Positions 37,084 through 50,015 of a stretch of 64,000 nucleotides of DNA are shown in pieces. The notes under the pieces were generated by a model. The model saw only the letters and a program-made list of their open reading frames with translations, made no database searches and had not been told where the DNA came from. The stretch lies in NCBI GenBank assembly GCA_002269645.1, contig NIVC01002596.1, positions 1 to 64,000 of the forward strand. Direction: 5' to 3'. Position 1 is the stretch's first letter. Every line of letters begins with the position of its first letter. The translations under genes were made by a program, and so were the position numbers. The stretch is from Macrostomum lignano. Taxonomy: Eukaryota.

Positions 37084-38862
37084 CAGGGGCGTCGCCATGG
37101 ATTTAATGGTGAGGGGGACAAAGCCAAGAATTCAACATGTACATGTACATGACTAAATTTTGGTACTCATTTTAGCGCCGCAGGCACTCATTTTAGCGCC
37201 GAAGACACTCATTTTAGCGCCGAAGACACTCATTTTAGCGCCGCAGGCACTCATTTTAGCGCCGCAGGCACTTATTTTAGCACTGCAGGCCCTTATTTTA
37301 GCACCGCAGGCACTCATTTTAGCGCCCCAGGCACTCATTTTAGCGCCGCAGGCACTCATTTCAGCGCCGAAGACACTCATTTTAGCGCCGCAGGCACTCA
37401 TTTTAGCACCGCAGGCACTCATTTTAGCACCACAGGCACTCATTTTAGCACTGCAGGCACTCATTTTAGCACTGCAGGCCCTTATTTTAGCACCGCAGGC
37501 ACTCATTTTAGCGCCCCAGGCACTCATTTTAGCGCCGAAGGCACTCATTTTAGCACCGCAGGCACTCATTTTAGCACTGCAGGCACTCATTTTAGCGCCG
37601 CAGGCACTCATTTTAGCGCCGCAGGCACTCATTTTAGCACCACAGGCACTCATTTTAGCACTGCAGGCACTCATTTTAGCACTGCAGGCCCTTATTTTAG
37701 CACCGCAGGCACTCATTTTAGCGCCCCAGGCACTCATTTTAGCGCCGCAGGCACTCATTTTAGCACCGCAGGCACTCATTTTAGCACTGCAGGCACTCAT
37801 TTTAGCACCCCAGGCACTCATTTTAGCGCCGCAGGCACTCATTTTAGCACCGCAGGCACTCATTTTAGCACTGCAGGCACTCAATTTAGCGCCGCAGACA
37901 GTCATTTGGGCGCCGAAGGCACTCATTTTAGCACCGCAGGCACTCATTTTAGCACCGCAGGCACTCATTTTAGCGCCGCAGACAGTCATTTGGGCGCCGA
38001 AGGCACTCATTTTAGCACCGCAGGCACTCATTTTAGCACCGCAGGCACTCATTTTAGCGCCCCAGGCATTTATTTTAGCGCCGCAGGCACTCATTTTAGC
38101 GCCGCAGGCACTCATTTTAGCACCACAGGCACTCATTTTAGCACTGCAGGCACTCATTTTAGCGCCGCAGGCACTCATTTTAGCGCCGCAGGCACTCATT
38201 TTAGCACCACAGGCACTCATTTTAGCACTGCAGGCACTCATTTTAGCACTGCAGGCACTCATTTTAGCGCCGCAGACAGTCATTTGGGCGCCGAAGGCAC
38301 TCATTTTAGCACCGCAGGCACTCATTTTAGCACCGCAGGCACTCATTTTAGCGCCGCAGACAGTCATTTGGGCGCCGAAGGCACTCATTTTAGCACCGCA
38401 GGCACTCATTTTAGCGCCCCAGGCATTTATTTTAGCGCCGCAGGCACTCATTTTAGCGCCGCAGGCACTCATTTTAGCACCACAGGCACTCATTTTAGCA
38501 CTGCAGGCACTCATTTTAGCGCCGCAGGCACTCATTTTAGCGCTGCAGGCACTCATTTTAGCACCACAGGCACTCATTTTAGCACTGCAGGCACTCATTT
38601 TAGCACCACAGGCACTCATTTTAGCACTGCAGGCACTCATTTTAGCGCCGCAGACAGTCATTTGGGCGCCGAAGGCACTCATTTTAGCGCCGCAGACAGT
38701 CATTTGGGCGCCGAAGGCGCTATAATTTGGCGCACTGTAGAAAAATTACTGATTGCCACAAGGTGGGGTGGGGGGGGACAAAGCATTGGCATGTCCCCCC
38801 CCAGAGCTTTTACTGGGGGGGGGGACATGTCCCCCCTGTCCCCCCCGGTGGCGACGCGCCTG
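37084..38862. mobile_element. Non-autonomous hAT-type DNA transposon (1779 bp) filled with a 21-bp minisatellite
   Basis: TIR CAGGGGCGTCGCCA (37084-37097) / TGGCGACGCGCCTG (38849-38862), 13/14 match; identical 8-bp TSD AACGATCA at 37076-37083 and 38863-38870. Confidence 0.9.
37160..38720. repeat. 21-bp minisatellite (ggcactcattttagcgccgca), about 74 copies, inside the hAT element
   Basis: Direct reading; source of the MSACGAK and LILAPQA pseudo-ORFs. Confidence 0.97.
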
Positions 38863-38939
38863 AACGATCAAGTCAACGCGATGCATGCAAAATATAGTCT
38901 TAAACTTTGTTGATGGGTTGGGTTCAAGTGGATAAATTT

Positions 38940-39525
38940 TGCGATTCTTCCAGAGTGACGACTTTCTGCACCCTGCGATTCTTCCAGAGTGACGACTTTC
39001 TACACCCTGAGGTTCTTCTAGAGTGACGACTTCTGCACCCGGAGTTTCTTCCAGAGTGACGACTTTCTACACCCTGAGGTTCTTCCAGAGTGACGACTTT
39101 CTACACCCTTGCGATTCTTCCAGAGTGACGACTTTCTGCACCCTGCGATTCTTCCAGAGTGACGACTTTCTACACCCTGAGGCTCTTCCAGAGTGACGAC
39201 TTTCTGCACCCTGCGATTCTTCCAGAGTGACGACTTTCTACACCCTGAGGTTCTTCTAGAGTGACGACTTTCTACACCCTGCGATTCTTCCAGAGTGACG
39301 ACTTTCTGCACCCTGCGATTCTTCCAGAGTGACGACTTTCTGCACCCTGAGGTTCTTCCAGAGTGACGACTTTCTGCACCCTGCGATTCTTCCAAAGTGA
39401 CGACTTTCTACACCCTGAGGCTCTTCCAGAGTGACGACTTTCTGCACCCTGCGATTCTTCCAGAGTGACGACTTTCTACACCCTGAGGCTCTTCCAGAGT
39501 GACGACTTTCTGCACCCTGCGATTT
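38940..39525. repeat. 34-bp minisatellite (gcgattcttccagagtgacgactttctgcaccct), about 17 copies
   Basis: Period 34 (38941, 38975). Confidence 0.95.
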
Positions 39526-40065
39526 GTACACCATGCAGACCGACCGATCTACTGCCCAAAATTTGCTTTATTTTTCGCATTAAAAATGACTTGGCGGCTA
39601 TTGCTACCTAAAAGGAGCTGTGGAATTTTCCTGTCGCACCTTTGTTGTTTCAGCGCAACTCTGCCCAGGAGAATTCCTGCACTGTGGGAATGCAGGGCAG
39701 AACAATAACCCCAAGTGGGGGACTCAATTTATTCGACTTCTTTTCTTAGAATAGAGAACTGCATTTAGGAGAGAGAAAATGGCCACCTGCTCGGTTGGCT
39801 ACGGGTAAATTGAAGAAAAAATGGTCCGGGGGGGGGGGCAATGCGCACACAGACCGATCAAGGTGAGGGGTGGGGCACCAGGGAGCTTTCATAGAGAAGA
39901 ATGGCGGAGCAATTTTAGGCCGGCCACTGAGAGCTAAACTGTGCTCATTTTAACGGTCGGCTCGACTAAGGAGTTCCACAAACAGGAGCCCGGAGCGGTG
40001 ACACTCCCCTAAGCCTCCGTTTGCAGACAATTGAAAGCTGACTGTACACTTGGCGACTATCCACG

Positions 40066-40272
40066 GTTAACCTAAACCTTAATCTAAACTATAATCTAAA
40101 ACCCAATCGTAACCTAAAACCCAACCCTAACCTAAACTCTAACATAAGACCCAATCCTAACCTAAAACCCAACCCTAACATAAACCTCAACATAACCCCA
40201 ACCTAAACCCTAACCTAAAACCAACCCTAGCCTAAACCCTAACCTAAAACCCAACTCTAACCAAAACCTAAA
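40066..40272. repeat. Degenerate telomere-like (AACCCT)n-derived tract
   Basis: aaccctaacctaaaaccc-type units over about 200 bp. Confidence 0.75.
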
Positions 40273-40829
40273 GGTTCTTCAGGTTTATCGTGACAGTTGG
40301 CAAAGCTGTCTGTTCAGCACAAAATGCACGAATCGATTGCAACTAAAATCGTTGAGGTATTAAAAAACTTCTTAACGTCTAGTAGAAAAATCCAGTCAGC
40401 CTAAAATCGAAGGAAGCTGGGGGGTCCCGGAGTTACTCGAAACCGGGTTCTTCTTCTGGGTCTCCTCGACTCGAGCCACGTCGCTCAGTGAATCGGTTGT
40501 TTGCTCGCGATAAATAGAAACTACAACAGACGGCTATTATAACTGGCTGATGAAGAGCAGGGAGCGGATTTCTAAGAACCCAGGGCGACGAATAAATTAT
40601 TTAACTGGCCGGGCAAAAGAGTTTTTTTGGCGTGGAGCTCTGCATTTTGTTAATCCCGGGTGGAAATTAACTCTAGGAAGCATCTGATTCTCCTTTGTTT
40701 CTTTGCGGAGATGTAAAAATTTTGGGTAAATCCTCAGACTATATTCCTTAAGCGGAGGGGTATGGTTGCTGGCTATCTCAGTTGCATGACAACTCATTTA
40801 ATCAGCAGTCAGTGTGGATCAGTCTTATC

Positions 40830-43800
40830 GCAGGCACTCCTTTTGGCGCCGTGGTAGATACTCATTTTGGCGCCACAGTAGGTACTCATTTTGGCGCCAC
40901 AGTAGGCACTCCTTTTGGCGCCGCGGTAGATACTCATTTTGGCGCCACAGGCACTAGTTTTATCACCGCAGTAGGAACTCATTTTGCCGCCACATGCACT
41001 CATTTTGGCGCCTCAGTAGGTACTCATTTTGGCGCCACTGGCACTCATTTTGGCGCCACAGGCACTCATTTTGGCGCCACAGGCACTCATTTTGGCGCCA
41101 CAGGCACTCATTTTAGCATTTTAGACACTCATTTGACGCCACAGATACTCATTTTGGCGCCACTGGCATTTATTTTGGCGCCGCAGTAGATACTTATTTT
41201 GGCATTACAAGCACTTATTTTGGTGCCACAGTAGGTACTCATTTTGGCGCCACAGGCACTTATTTTGGCGCCACAGGCACTCATTTTGGCGCCACAGGCA
41301 CTCATTTTGGCGCCACAGTAGGTACTCATTTTGGCGCCACAGTAGGTACTCATTTTGGCGCCACAGTAGGTACTCATTTTGGCGCCACAGTAGGTACTCA
41401 TTTTGGCGCCACAGGCACTCATTTTGGCGCCACAGGCACTCATTTTGGCGCCACAGTAGGTACTCATTTTGGCGCCACAGGCACTAGTTTTATCACCGCA
41501 GTAGGAACTCATTTTGCCGCCACATGCACTCATTTTGGCGCCTCAGTAGGTACTCATTTTGGCGCCACTGGCACTCATTTTGGCGCCACAGGCACTCATT
41601 TTGGCGCCACAGGCACTCATTTTAGCATTTTAGACACTCATTTGACGCCACAGATACTCATTTTGGCGCCACTGGCATTTATTTTGGCGCCGCAGTAGAT
41701 ACTTATTTTGGCATTACAAGCACTTATTTTGGTGCCACAGTAGGTACTCATTTTGGCGCCACAGGCACTTATTTTGGCGCCACAGGCACTCATTTTGGCG
41801 CCACAGGCACTCATTTTGGCGCCACAGTAGGTACTCATTTTGGCGCCACAGTAGGTACTCATTTTGGCGCCACAGTAGGTACTCATTTTGGCGCCACAGT
41901 AGGTACTCATTTTGGCGCCACAGTAGGTACTCATTTTGGCGCCACAGGCACTTATTTTGGCGCCACAGGCACTCATTTTGGCGCCACAGGCACTCATTTT
42001 GGCGCCACAGTAGGTACTCATTTTGGCGCCACAGTAGGTACTCATTTTGGCGCCACAGTAGGTACTCATTTTGGCGCCACAGGCACTTATTTTGGCGCCA
42101 CAGGCACTCATTTTGGCGCCACAGGCACTCATTTTGGCGCCACAGGTACTCATTTTGGCGCCACAGGCACTCATTTTGGCGCCACAGTAGGTACTCATTT
42201 TGGCGCCACAGTAGGTACTCATTTTGGCGCCACAGTAGGTACTCATTTTGGCGCCACAGTAGGTACTCATTTTGGCGCCACAGGCACTTATTTTGGCGCC
42301 ACAGGCACTCATTTTGGCGCCACAGGCACTCATTTTGGCGCCACAGTAGGTACTCATTTTGGCGCCACAGTAGGTTTTCATTTTGGCGCCACAGGCACTT
42401 ATTTTGGCGCCACAGGCACTCATTTTGGCGCCACAGGCACTCATTTTGGCGCCATAGGTACTCATTTTGGCGCCACAGGCACTCATTTTGGCGCCACAGT
42501 AGGTACTCATTTTGGCGCCACAGTAGGTACTCATTTTGGCGCCACAGTAGGTACTCATTTTGGCGCCACAGTAGGTACTCATTTTGGCGCCACAGGCACT
42601 TATTTTGGCGCCACAGGCACTCATTTTGGCGCCACAGGCACTCATTTTGGCGCCACAGGTACTCATTTTGGCGCCACAGTAGGTACTCATTTTGGCGCCA
42701 CAGTAGGCACTCCTTTTGGCGCCGCGGTAGATACTCATTTTGGCGCCACAGGCACTAGTTTTATCACCGCAGTAGGAACTCATTTTGCCGCCACATGCAC
42801 TCATTTTGGCGCCTCAGTAGGTACTCATTTTGGCGCCACTGGCACTCATTTTGGCGCCACAGGCACTCATTTTGGCGCCACAGGCACTCATTTTAGCATT
42901 TTAGACACTCATTTGACGCCACAGATACTCATTTTGGCGCCACTGGCATTTATTTTGGCGCCGCAGTAGATACTTATTTTGGCATTACAAGCACTTATTT
43001 TGGTGCCACAGTAGGTACTCATTTTGGCGCCACAGGCACTTATTTTGGCGCCACAGGCACTCATTTTGGCGCCACAGGCACTCATTTTGGCGCCACAGTA
43101 GGTACTCATTTTGGCGCCACAGTAGGTACTCATTTTGGCGCCACAGTAGGTACTCATTTTGGCGCCACAGTAGGTACTCATTTTGGCGCCACAGTAGGTA
43201 CTCATTTTGGCGCCACAGGCACTTATTTTGGCGCCACAGGCACTCATTTTGGCGCCACAGGCACTCATTTTGGCGCCACAGTAGGTACTCATTTTGGCGC
43301 CACAGTAGGTACTCATTTTGGCGCCACAGTAGGTACTCATTTTGGCGCCACAGGCACTTATTTTGGCGCCACAGGCACTCATTTTGGCGCCACAGGCACT
43401 CATTTTGGCGCCACAGGTACTCATTTTGGCGCCACAGGCACTCATTTTGGCGCCACAGTAGGTACTCATTTTGGCGCCACAGTAGGTACTCATTTTGGCG
43501 CCACAGTAGGTACTCATTTTGGCGCCACAGTAGGTACTCATTTTGGCGCCACAGGCACTTATTTTGGCGCCACAGGCACTCATTTTGGCGCCACAGGCAC
43601 TCATTTTGGCGCCACAGTAGGTACTCATTTTGGCGCCACAGTAGGTACTCATTTTGGCGCCACAGTAGGTACTCATTTTGGCGCCACAGGCACTTATTTT
43701 GGCGCCACAGGCACTCATTTTGGCGCCACAGTAGGTACTCATTTTGGCGCCACAGTAGGTACTCATTTTGGCGCCACAGTAGGTACTCATTTTGGCGCCA

Positions 43801-44240
43801 CAGGCACTTATTTTGGCGCCACAGGCACTCATTTTGGCGCCACAGGCACTCATTTTGGCGCCACAGGTACTCATTTTGGCGCCACAGGCACTCATTTTGG
43901 CGCCACAGTAGGTACTCATTTTGGCGCCACAGTAGGTACTCATTTTGGCGCCACAGTAGGTACTCATTTTGGCGCCACAGTAGGTACTCATTTTGGCGCC
44001 ACAGGCACTTATTTTGGCGCCACAGGCACTCATTTTGGCGCCACAGGCACTCATTTTGGCGCCACAGTAGGTACTCATTTTGGCGCCACAGTAGGTACTC
44101 ATTTTGGCGCCACAGGCACTTATTTTGGCGCCACAGGCACTCATTTTGGCGCCACAGGCACTCATTTTGGCGCCACAGGCACTCATTTTGGCGCCACAGG
44201 TACTCATTTTGGTGCCACAGGCACTCATTTTGGCGCCCTG
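40830..44240. repeat. Mixed 21/24-bp minisatellite (ggcactcattttggcgccaca / gtaggtactcattttggcgccaca) with higher-order structure, about 150 units
   Basis: Direct reading; related to the 37160-38720 array. Confidence 0.97.
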
Positions 44241-45384
44241 AAGAAAAATTTTTTATTTCAATAACGGGTCACAAAGGTGTCACGCGGGAAAAGCATTGGC
44301 ATGTCTAAGCAAAGAATTCTCTCACCCTCCCCCCTAAGTTTCAGCTTTCCTCTCCCAGATGCCACATCTCAGAGCTCCTTGACTGTTCGGCTGTGCAGAG
44401 GAATGAAAAGAAAGGGGGAGAGGACTGCCCCTTCTTAGACTGAAGAAGCGCATAACAAGAAAGCAAAGCCAGTCAAGACTTGTTCTCTATAATTGGTCGA
44501 ATTCAAATTAGGCTGAGGCAGCTCACTCCGGGAAACCGAACAGAGGAAAATAGAAGCTGGCGCTGAGTTCGTGGGGAAATCTAAAAAAAAAGGGGTGGGC
44601 AAACAACACCGAAGCAGCAGTGAGGCTTGGCCACGGCAGCTGTCTGGGGGTCAGAGAGTAGTAGTCTCTGTAATTGAGTTGACCTGACTGGCATGTTTGC
44701 CGTCTTAGAGAATCCCCCCATCCTTTTTTGCTCAAATCCTCGAGCCTGCAGTCACGCCCAACAGAAGCAGCAAGACCATTTTCTTCTTTCACTCAGCTTC
44801 TTTGGGATCACATTTATGCTTAGCCATTCGAATATCCCCAGTGCCATTGGAGAAGCTGGCAGCAAGGTCTCACTTTGCTCTCGATCGGAAATGGAATCTT
44901 CCTTTTATTTTCATTTCGCCGCGCCGATTCTGATGGGGGCGCCGTTTGCTCAGAATGAGCGAGCGGAACTGTCCGAGGCGTTGCCAGGGCTGGGGGGGGG
45001 GGAAACTGATGAGCCCCTTTCTCGGTCGGAAAAGGGTTATGAGTTGTCGGTCAGTGCGCGTCCTTCCCTCATCCATCCCCTGGTCCAGCTGGGTACCCGC
45101 TGTTTATTGTTGGCTAATAAAGGCGCTGACAGTGACAAATTGATGCTTGCAAGTCTGTCGGATTAGAATCCGGGATGGCGGGATCTGAGAACCCCCCGAT
45201 TGGGGTCGGCATTGGGATAAAAAGGAATTTCTTCTTTGTTGAGCAAACATCTGCTTTTGGCCTGCGTCTCACAGCTCCAGTTCGCATCTTTTCATATCTA
45301 TCTGCACATCTCTGCTCAATAACTATCCATCCGCGTAGCATACCCGTCTGCCATGTATGCCATTGTATCCATATACAATGCATC

Positions 45385-45790
45385 TATCTACCATGCATCT
45401 ATCTACCAGATATCTATCTACCAGATATCTATCTACCAGATATCTATCTACCAGATATCTATCTACCAGATATCTATCTACCAGATATCCATCTACCAGA
45501 TATCCATCTACCAGATATCTATCTACCAGATATCTATCTACCAGATATCTATCTACCAGATATCTATCTACCAGATATCCATCTACCAGATATCTATCTA
45601 CCAGATATCTATCTACCAGATATCTATCTACCAGATATCTATCTACCAGATATCCATCTACAAGATATCTATCTACCAGATATCTATCTACCAGATATCT
45701 ATCTACCAGAAATCTATCTACCAGATATCTATCTACCAGATATCCATCTACCAGATATCTATCTACCAGATATCTATCTACCAGATATCT
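45385..45790. repeat. 15-bp minisatellite (ccagatatctatcta)
   Basis: Period 15 (45421, 45436). Confidence 0.95.
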
Positions 45791-46639
45791 ATTCATACAG
45801 ACATTTAGAACAAGTCTTCTACCATTACCATGCACAGACTCTGCCATCTCTACCCTTGTTTCTCCTCACCCTATTTATCTCCGTCTTTAAATTTGTCTCT
45901 CCATTTCATTGCATCCTGATAGAATCGAAAAAGAATATGAAAAATAGTTGGATAAATTTGTTGCTTGAGTTCGCCTCTGAATAAACGGTTTATCCACAGC
46001 ACCCTGCCTGAACCCCCACATTTTCTGTTCAGCTTCAATTTACGCAAGTCTTCTCTGCATTGACCTCGGGCGCTCCGGTTTGCCTTGAGGCCCTGCCTGC
46101 CCGTCTCCCGCTCCTCCTTCTCAGTTGAGAACAATTCAATTTCTGGGAGAATTTCCCAAGTTTTATTGGCCGGGCTAATGGGGGTCAGGCGACCCCTCGG
46201 CGACAAGTGGACTGAGCTCATTACAACCGGCAAATTGTCTTCTGCCCCTCGGCCGCTCCCGCAGCCACAATGGTCAGAACTGTTGAATAATTTCATTCAC
46301 ACCCCCCGTTCCGGCTGATAAACAGCCTCAGGCTCTCGGCCCGATATTTTCCCTTCAATTCTCCCAGTTTCCTCATCCCATTATCCCATCGGCACCAACA
46401 GACTCTAAATGCAGCTCTCTTTATCAACACTAGAAGCTTTGACAGAAAACTGAGTTACCGAGATTCAGTGAGTGCTGGGATCTCCTCAGGCTGGAATATT
46501 CGAGCAGTCAGGTTTTCCATACTTCTATAAGCCAGTAAGAATGAACTGGCTAGCAAACTATTCCTGACGAAATAATGCTTTGATTTGAACGGCTTTTTTC
46601 TAGAAAAATAAATTTAGCAAACAACTCGAGACATAAGTA

Positions 46640-47325
46640 GAGAGGGAAACTTATGTATAGAGGGAGAGAGAGAGGGAGACAGAGAGGGAGATACAGAGGG
46701 AGACAACAGATAGGGAGACAGTGAGGGAGACAGAGAGGGAGACAGAGAGGGAGGCAGAGAGGGAGGCAGAGAGGGAGACAGAGAGGGAGATACAGAGGGA
46801 GACAGAGAGGGAGACAGAGAGGGAGGCAGAGAGGGAGACAGAGATGGAGACAACAAAGAGGGAGACAGAGAGGGAGGCAGAGATTGAGGCAGAGAGGGAG
46901 GCAGAGAGAGGACAGAGAGAGACTACAGAGAAGTAGACAGAGAGGGAGATACAGGGGAGACGCAGAGAGACAAAAAATAGGGAGGCAGATAGGAAGACAG
47001 AGAGATCTAGATGTTTCGGTTTGAGAGATGCGGTGAGATGCAGACAGGGGTGAGATGCAGACAGGGGTGAGATGCAGACAGGGGTGAGATGCAGACAGGG
47101 GTGAGATGCAGACAGGGGTGAGATGCAGACAGGGGTGAGATGCAGACAGGGGTGAGATGCAGACAGGGGTGAGATGCAGACAGGGGTGAGATGCAGACAG
47201 GGGTGAGATGCAGACAGGGGTGAGATGCAGACAGGGGTGAGATGCAGACAGGGGTGAGATGCAGACAGGGGTGAGATGCAGACAGGGGTGAGATGCAGAC
47301 AGGGGTGAGATGCAGACAGGGGTGA
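46640..47325. repeat. GA-rich 12-bp degenerate repeat (about 46640-47000) followed by a perfect 17-bp array gagatgcagacaggggt (about 47030-47325)
   Basis: Direct reading; period 17 (47041, 47058). Confidence 0.9.
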
Positions 47326-47824
47326 GTAGGCCCAGCCAGGACAGCTCAAGAGATGAAAATAATATTTTTATTCTCGGCCACGGAACGGATAAATGAGATG
47401 CAAAGTGGGCCAAAAGGCCGCAAATTGAAAGGCAAATTAGCCGATTCTTCGTCGCCACGACCAGCTCTGAGCGGGCGGTTTCGAATTTGCAGATATTCAG
47501 AATGAAAGCCGCAGCAGATGCTAACGGGGGGATGCTGCTAGCTTGGGAAAATAGAGACGAGCGATATAGAATTTCTATTACCATGCGGCTGAATGCCTTT
47601 TCAGCCCTGGCGAGCCTGTGACAACTTGCCACTCTCATGGGGACTGCGGCGGGAGTTCCTGTCACTGTAAGCTGATAGTCTGCGGCTTGCGGCCTAGCAC
47701 AAATAATTAGTTTGGGATAAAAATGTGGCCAAACTTTCACCCCCTCGGAAGAATAGGGAGAGAGGTGTTAGAAGGGGAGCGTTTCACATTCACCAATAAA
47801 TGACGTCTGACGTCACAGTCCTCA

Positions 47825-48420
47825 CAGCTTCACAATCCCCAAGATTCACAATCTCCACAGATTCACAATCCCCACAGATTCACAATCCCCACAGATTCAC
47901 AATCCCCACAGCTTCACAATCCCCACAGCTTCACAATCCCCACAGCTTCACAATCCCCACAGCTTCACAATCCCCACAACCTCATAATCTCCAATATTCA
48001 CAATCCCTAAGATTCACAATTCCCAAGATTCACAATCTCCAAGATTCACAATCCCCAATATTCACAATACCCGATATTCACAAAACCCAATATTCACAAT
48101 CCCGAATATTCACAATATCCACGGCTTCATAATCCCCAAGATTCACAATCCCCAATATTCACAATACCCGATATTCACAAAACCCAATATTCACAATACC
48201 CGATATTCACAAAACCCAATATTCACAATCCTGAATGCTCACAATATCCACAGCTTCACAATCCCCAATATTCACAATCCCCAATATTCACAATCCCCAA
48301 TATTCACAATCCCCAATATTCACAATCCCCAATATTCACAATCCCGAAGATTCACAATATCAAACAGCTTCACAATCCCCGAGATTTACAATCCCCAATA
48401 TTCACAATCCTCACAGATTC
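47825..48420. repeat. Degenerate 16/32-bp repeat (ttcacaatccccaata)
   Basis: Direct reading. Confidence 0.85.
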
Positions 48421-49319
48421 ACATTTGCCATTCGGTAGCTCAGAAGTTGAGTCATTGTCGAGCGCAGCCACATTCCATTTCAGCTGTCTACGCACAGAGG
48501 CCTCAGACGGCCCAGTTTCACTTGGCAAAAATTAACCCAAGGCGAGCTGCAAGAGCCTTCTAGAAGAAGACTAGACAAGCAATGCTGCATTGGTGGGCGG
48601 AGGCGCAGTCACTCGTTAAGACGCTATTGTTGAAGTTCTTTGCCAACTCCTGGGGATATTCTTCCCTTCCTATGGAGCTAGTTTCGTCTTAATACTCGAA
48701 CTTGCCCCATTTTTTTCTATCCCCAATAGATCCCAATAGCAGAGATCCCTGAGGATCGCTGAGGCCGGGTATTGTCCCCGCTAAGTCCCTCGCACACTGG
48801 GTGGGTGGGGGCAGCCGGAGACCGCGCCACAATGTTGCACAAATTCCGAGCTGGCTAAATGTTGAATCTGAAAGCAGACTTGAATAGTCGCTGGGGGGAT
48901 GGTTGCTTTCAGATTGCTGCAACCCAGTTGTCTACGCTATTCCGCTATGGGGCAGCCACTTGAGCCCATGCGGGCTGAATTCGCTCATTAAGCTGCATGG
49001 TTTGAAATTTTTTGACCCGAATTTCTTTGCTTTTTGTGTGTTTACGCAAAAAATATTTGGGTGGGGGATTGGCGGATATTATTACAGAAAACTGCTGGCT
49101 CTGCATGCGATTGGGTGCTAAGCATTTTAATGTTTAATTGAAATCTGAAAATTACTTTGATAATCCAATCAGGTTGTCGGGTTTCAGTCCTTAATCCAAT
49201 CCGACAACAAATTGATATTTTACGTTGCGGGGGAACCATGGATCACTAGATATAGAATCTGGAATAAAAACACCTGATTAAATCATTTAGTAAAACAAAG
49301 TCTTGTGTAAAAAACCCGG

Positions 49320-50015
49320 AAATTACCCAAAGCACGGAAATTTCCAAACTTACAGAAACTTTCTAAAATAAGGAAGCATCGAAAAAGCGGAAACTTCCCA
49401 AAGCACGGAAACTTCCCAAAGCACGGAAACTTCCCAAAGCACGGAAACTTCCCAAAGCACGGAAACTTCCCAAAGCACGGAAACTTCCCAAAGCACGGAA
49501 ACTTCCCAAAGTACGGAAACTTCCCAAAGCACGGAAACTTCCCAAAGCACGGAAACTTCCCAAAGCACGGAAACTTCCCAAAGCACGGAAACTTCCCAAA
49601 GCACGGAAACTTCCCAAAGCACGGAAACTTTCCAAAGCACGGAAACTTCCCAAAGCACGGAAACTTCCCAAAGCACGGAAACTTCCCAAAGCACGGAAAC
49701 TTCCCAAAGCACGGAAACTTCCCAAAGCACGGAAACTTCCCAAAGCACGGAAACTTCCCAAAGCACGGAAACTTCCCAAAGCACGGAAACTTCCCAAAGC
49801 ACGGAAACTTCCCAAAGCACGGAAACTTTCCAAAGCACGGAAACTTCCCAAAGCACGGAAACTTCCCAAAGCACGGAAACTTCCCAAAGCACGGAAACTT
49901 CCCAAAGCACGGAAACTTCCCAAAGCACGGAAACTTCCCAAAGCACGGAAACTTCCCAAAGCACGGAAACTTTCCAAAGCACGGAAACTTCCCAAAGCAC
50001 GGAAACTTGCCAAAG
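49320..50015. repeat. 18-bp near-perfect minisatellite (ggaaacttcccaaagcac)
   Basis: Direct reading; source of the WEVSVL and GSFRAL pseudo-ORFs. Confidence 0.95.

Noticed and set aside
37135-37152. Recurrent catgtacatgta motif (also about 10078, 10170, 15748)
   Set aside because: Common short self-complementary microsatellite with no consistent context.
39721-39733. gactcaatttatt, resembling my recollection of part of the Macrostomum spliced leader
   Set aside because: Only 13 nt, AT-rich, and not followed by the AUG/GU donor or an Sm site. The recollection was not verified.
39905-39930. ggccggccactg as a hAT right end enclosing the 34-bp array
   Set aside because: No matching left TIR found upstream.
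37153-44228. Cys-rich heptad ORFs (MSACGAK)n of 388-521 aa
   Set aside because: Open only because the units are 21/24 bp. The array lies inside a TIR/TSD-bounded element and is open on both strands.
40558-44240. TIRs enclosing the second 21/24-bp array (cagggagcgg or cagggcga .. ggcgccctg)
   Set aside because: At most a 7-bp inverted match and no 8-bp TSD.
45006-45045. Hammerhead ribozyme candidates (CTGATGA at about 45006 and 40548; CTGAAGA in the 22-bp array)
   Set aside because: No correctly closed stem II followed by GAAA, and no stem I/III with an NUH cleavage site.
44693-45166. 157-aa ORF and similar short ORFs at 31210-31701, 32203-32460, 3312-4188, 50118-50615
   Set aside because: No recognisable motifs, no codon bias like the true exons, and no consistent splice signals.
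49320-50015. NF-kB/ETS site array (GGGAAGTTTCC)
   Set aside because: One base longer than the kB consensus; short GGAA cores are expected by chance.
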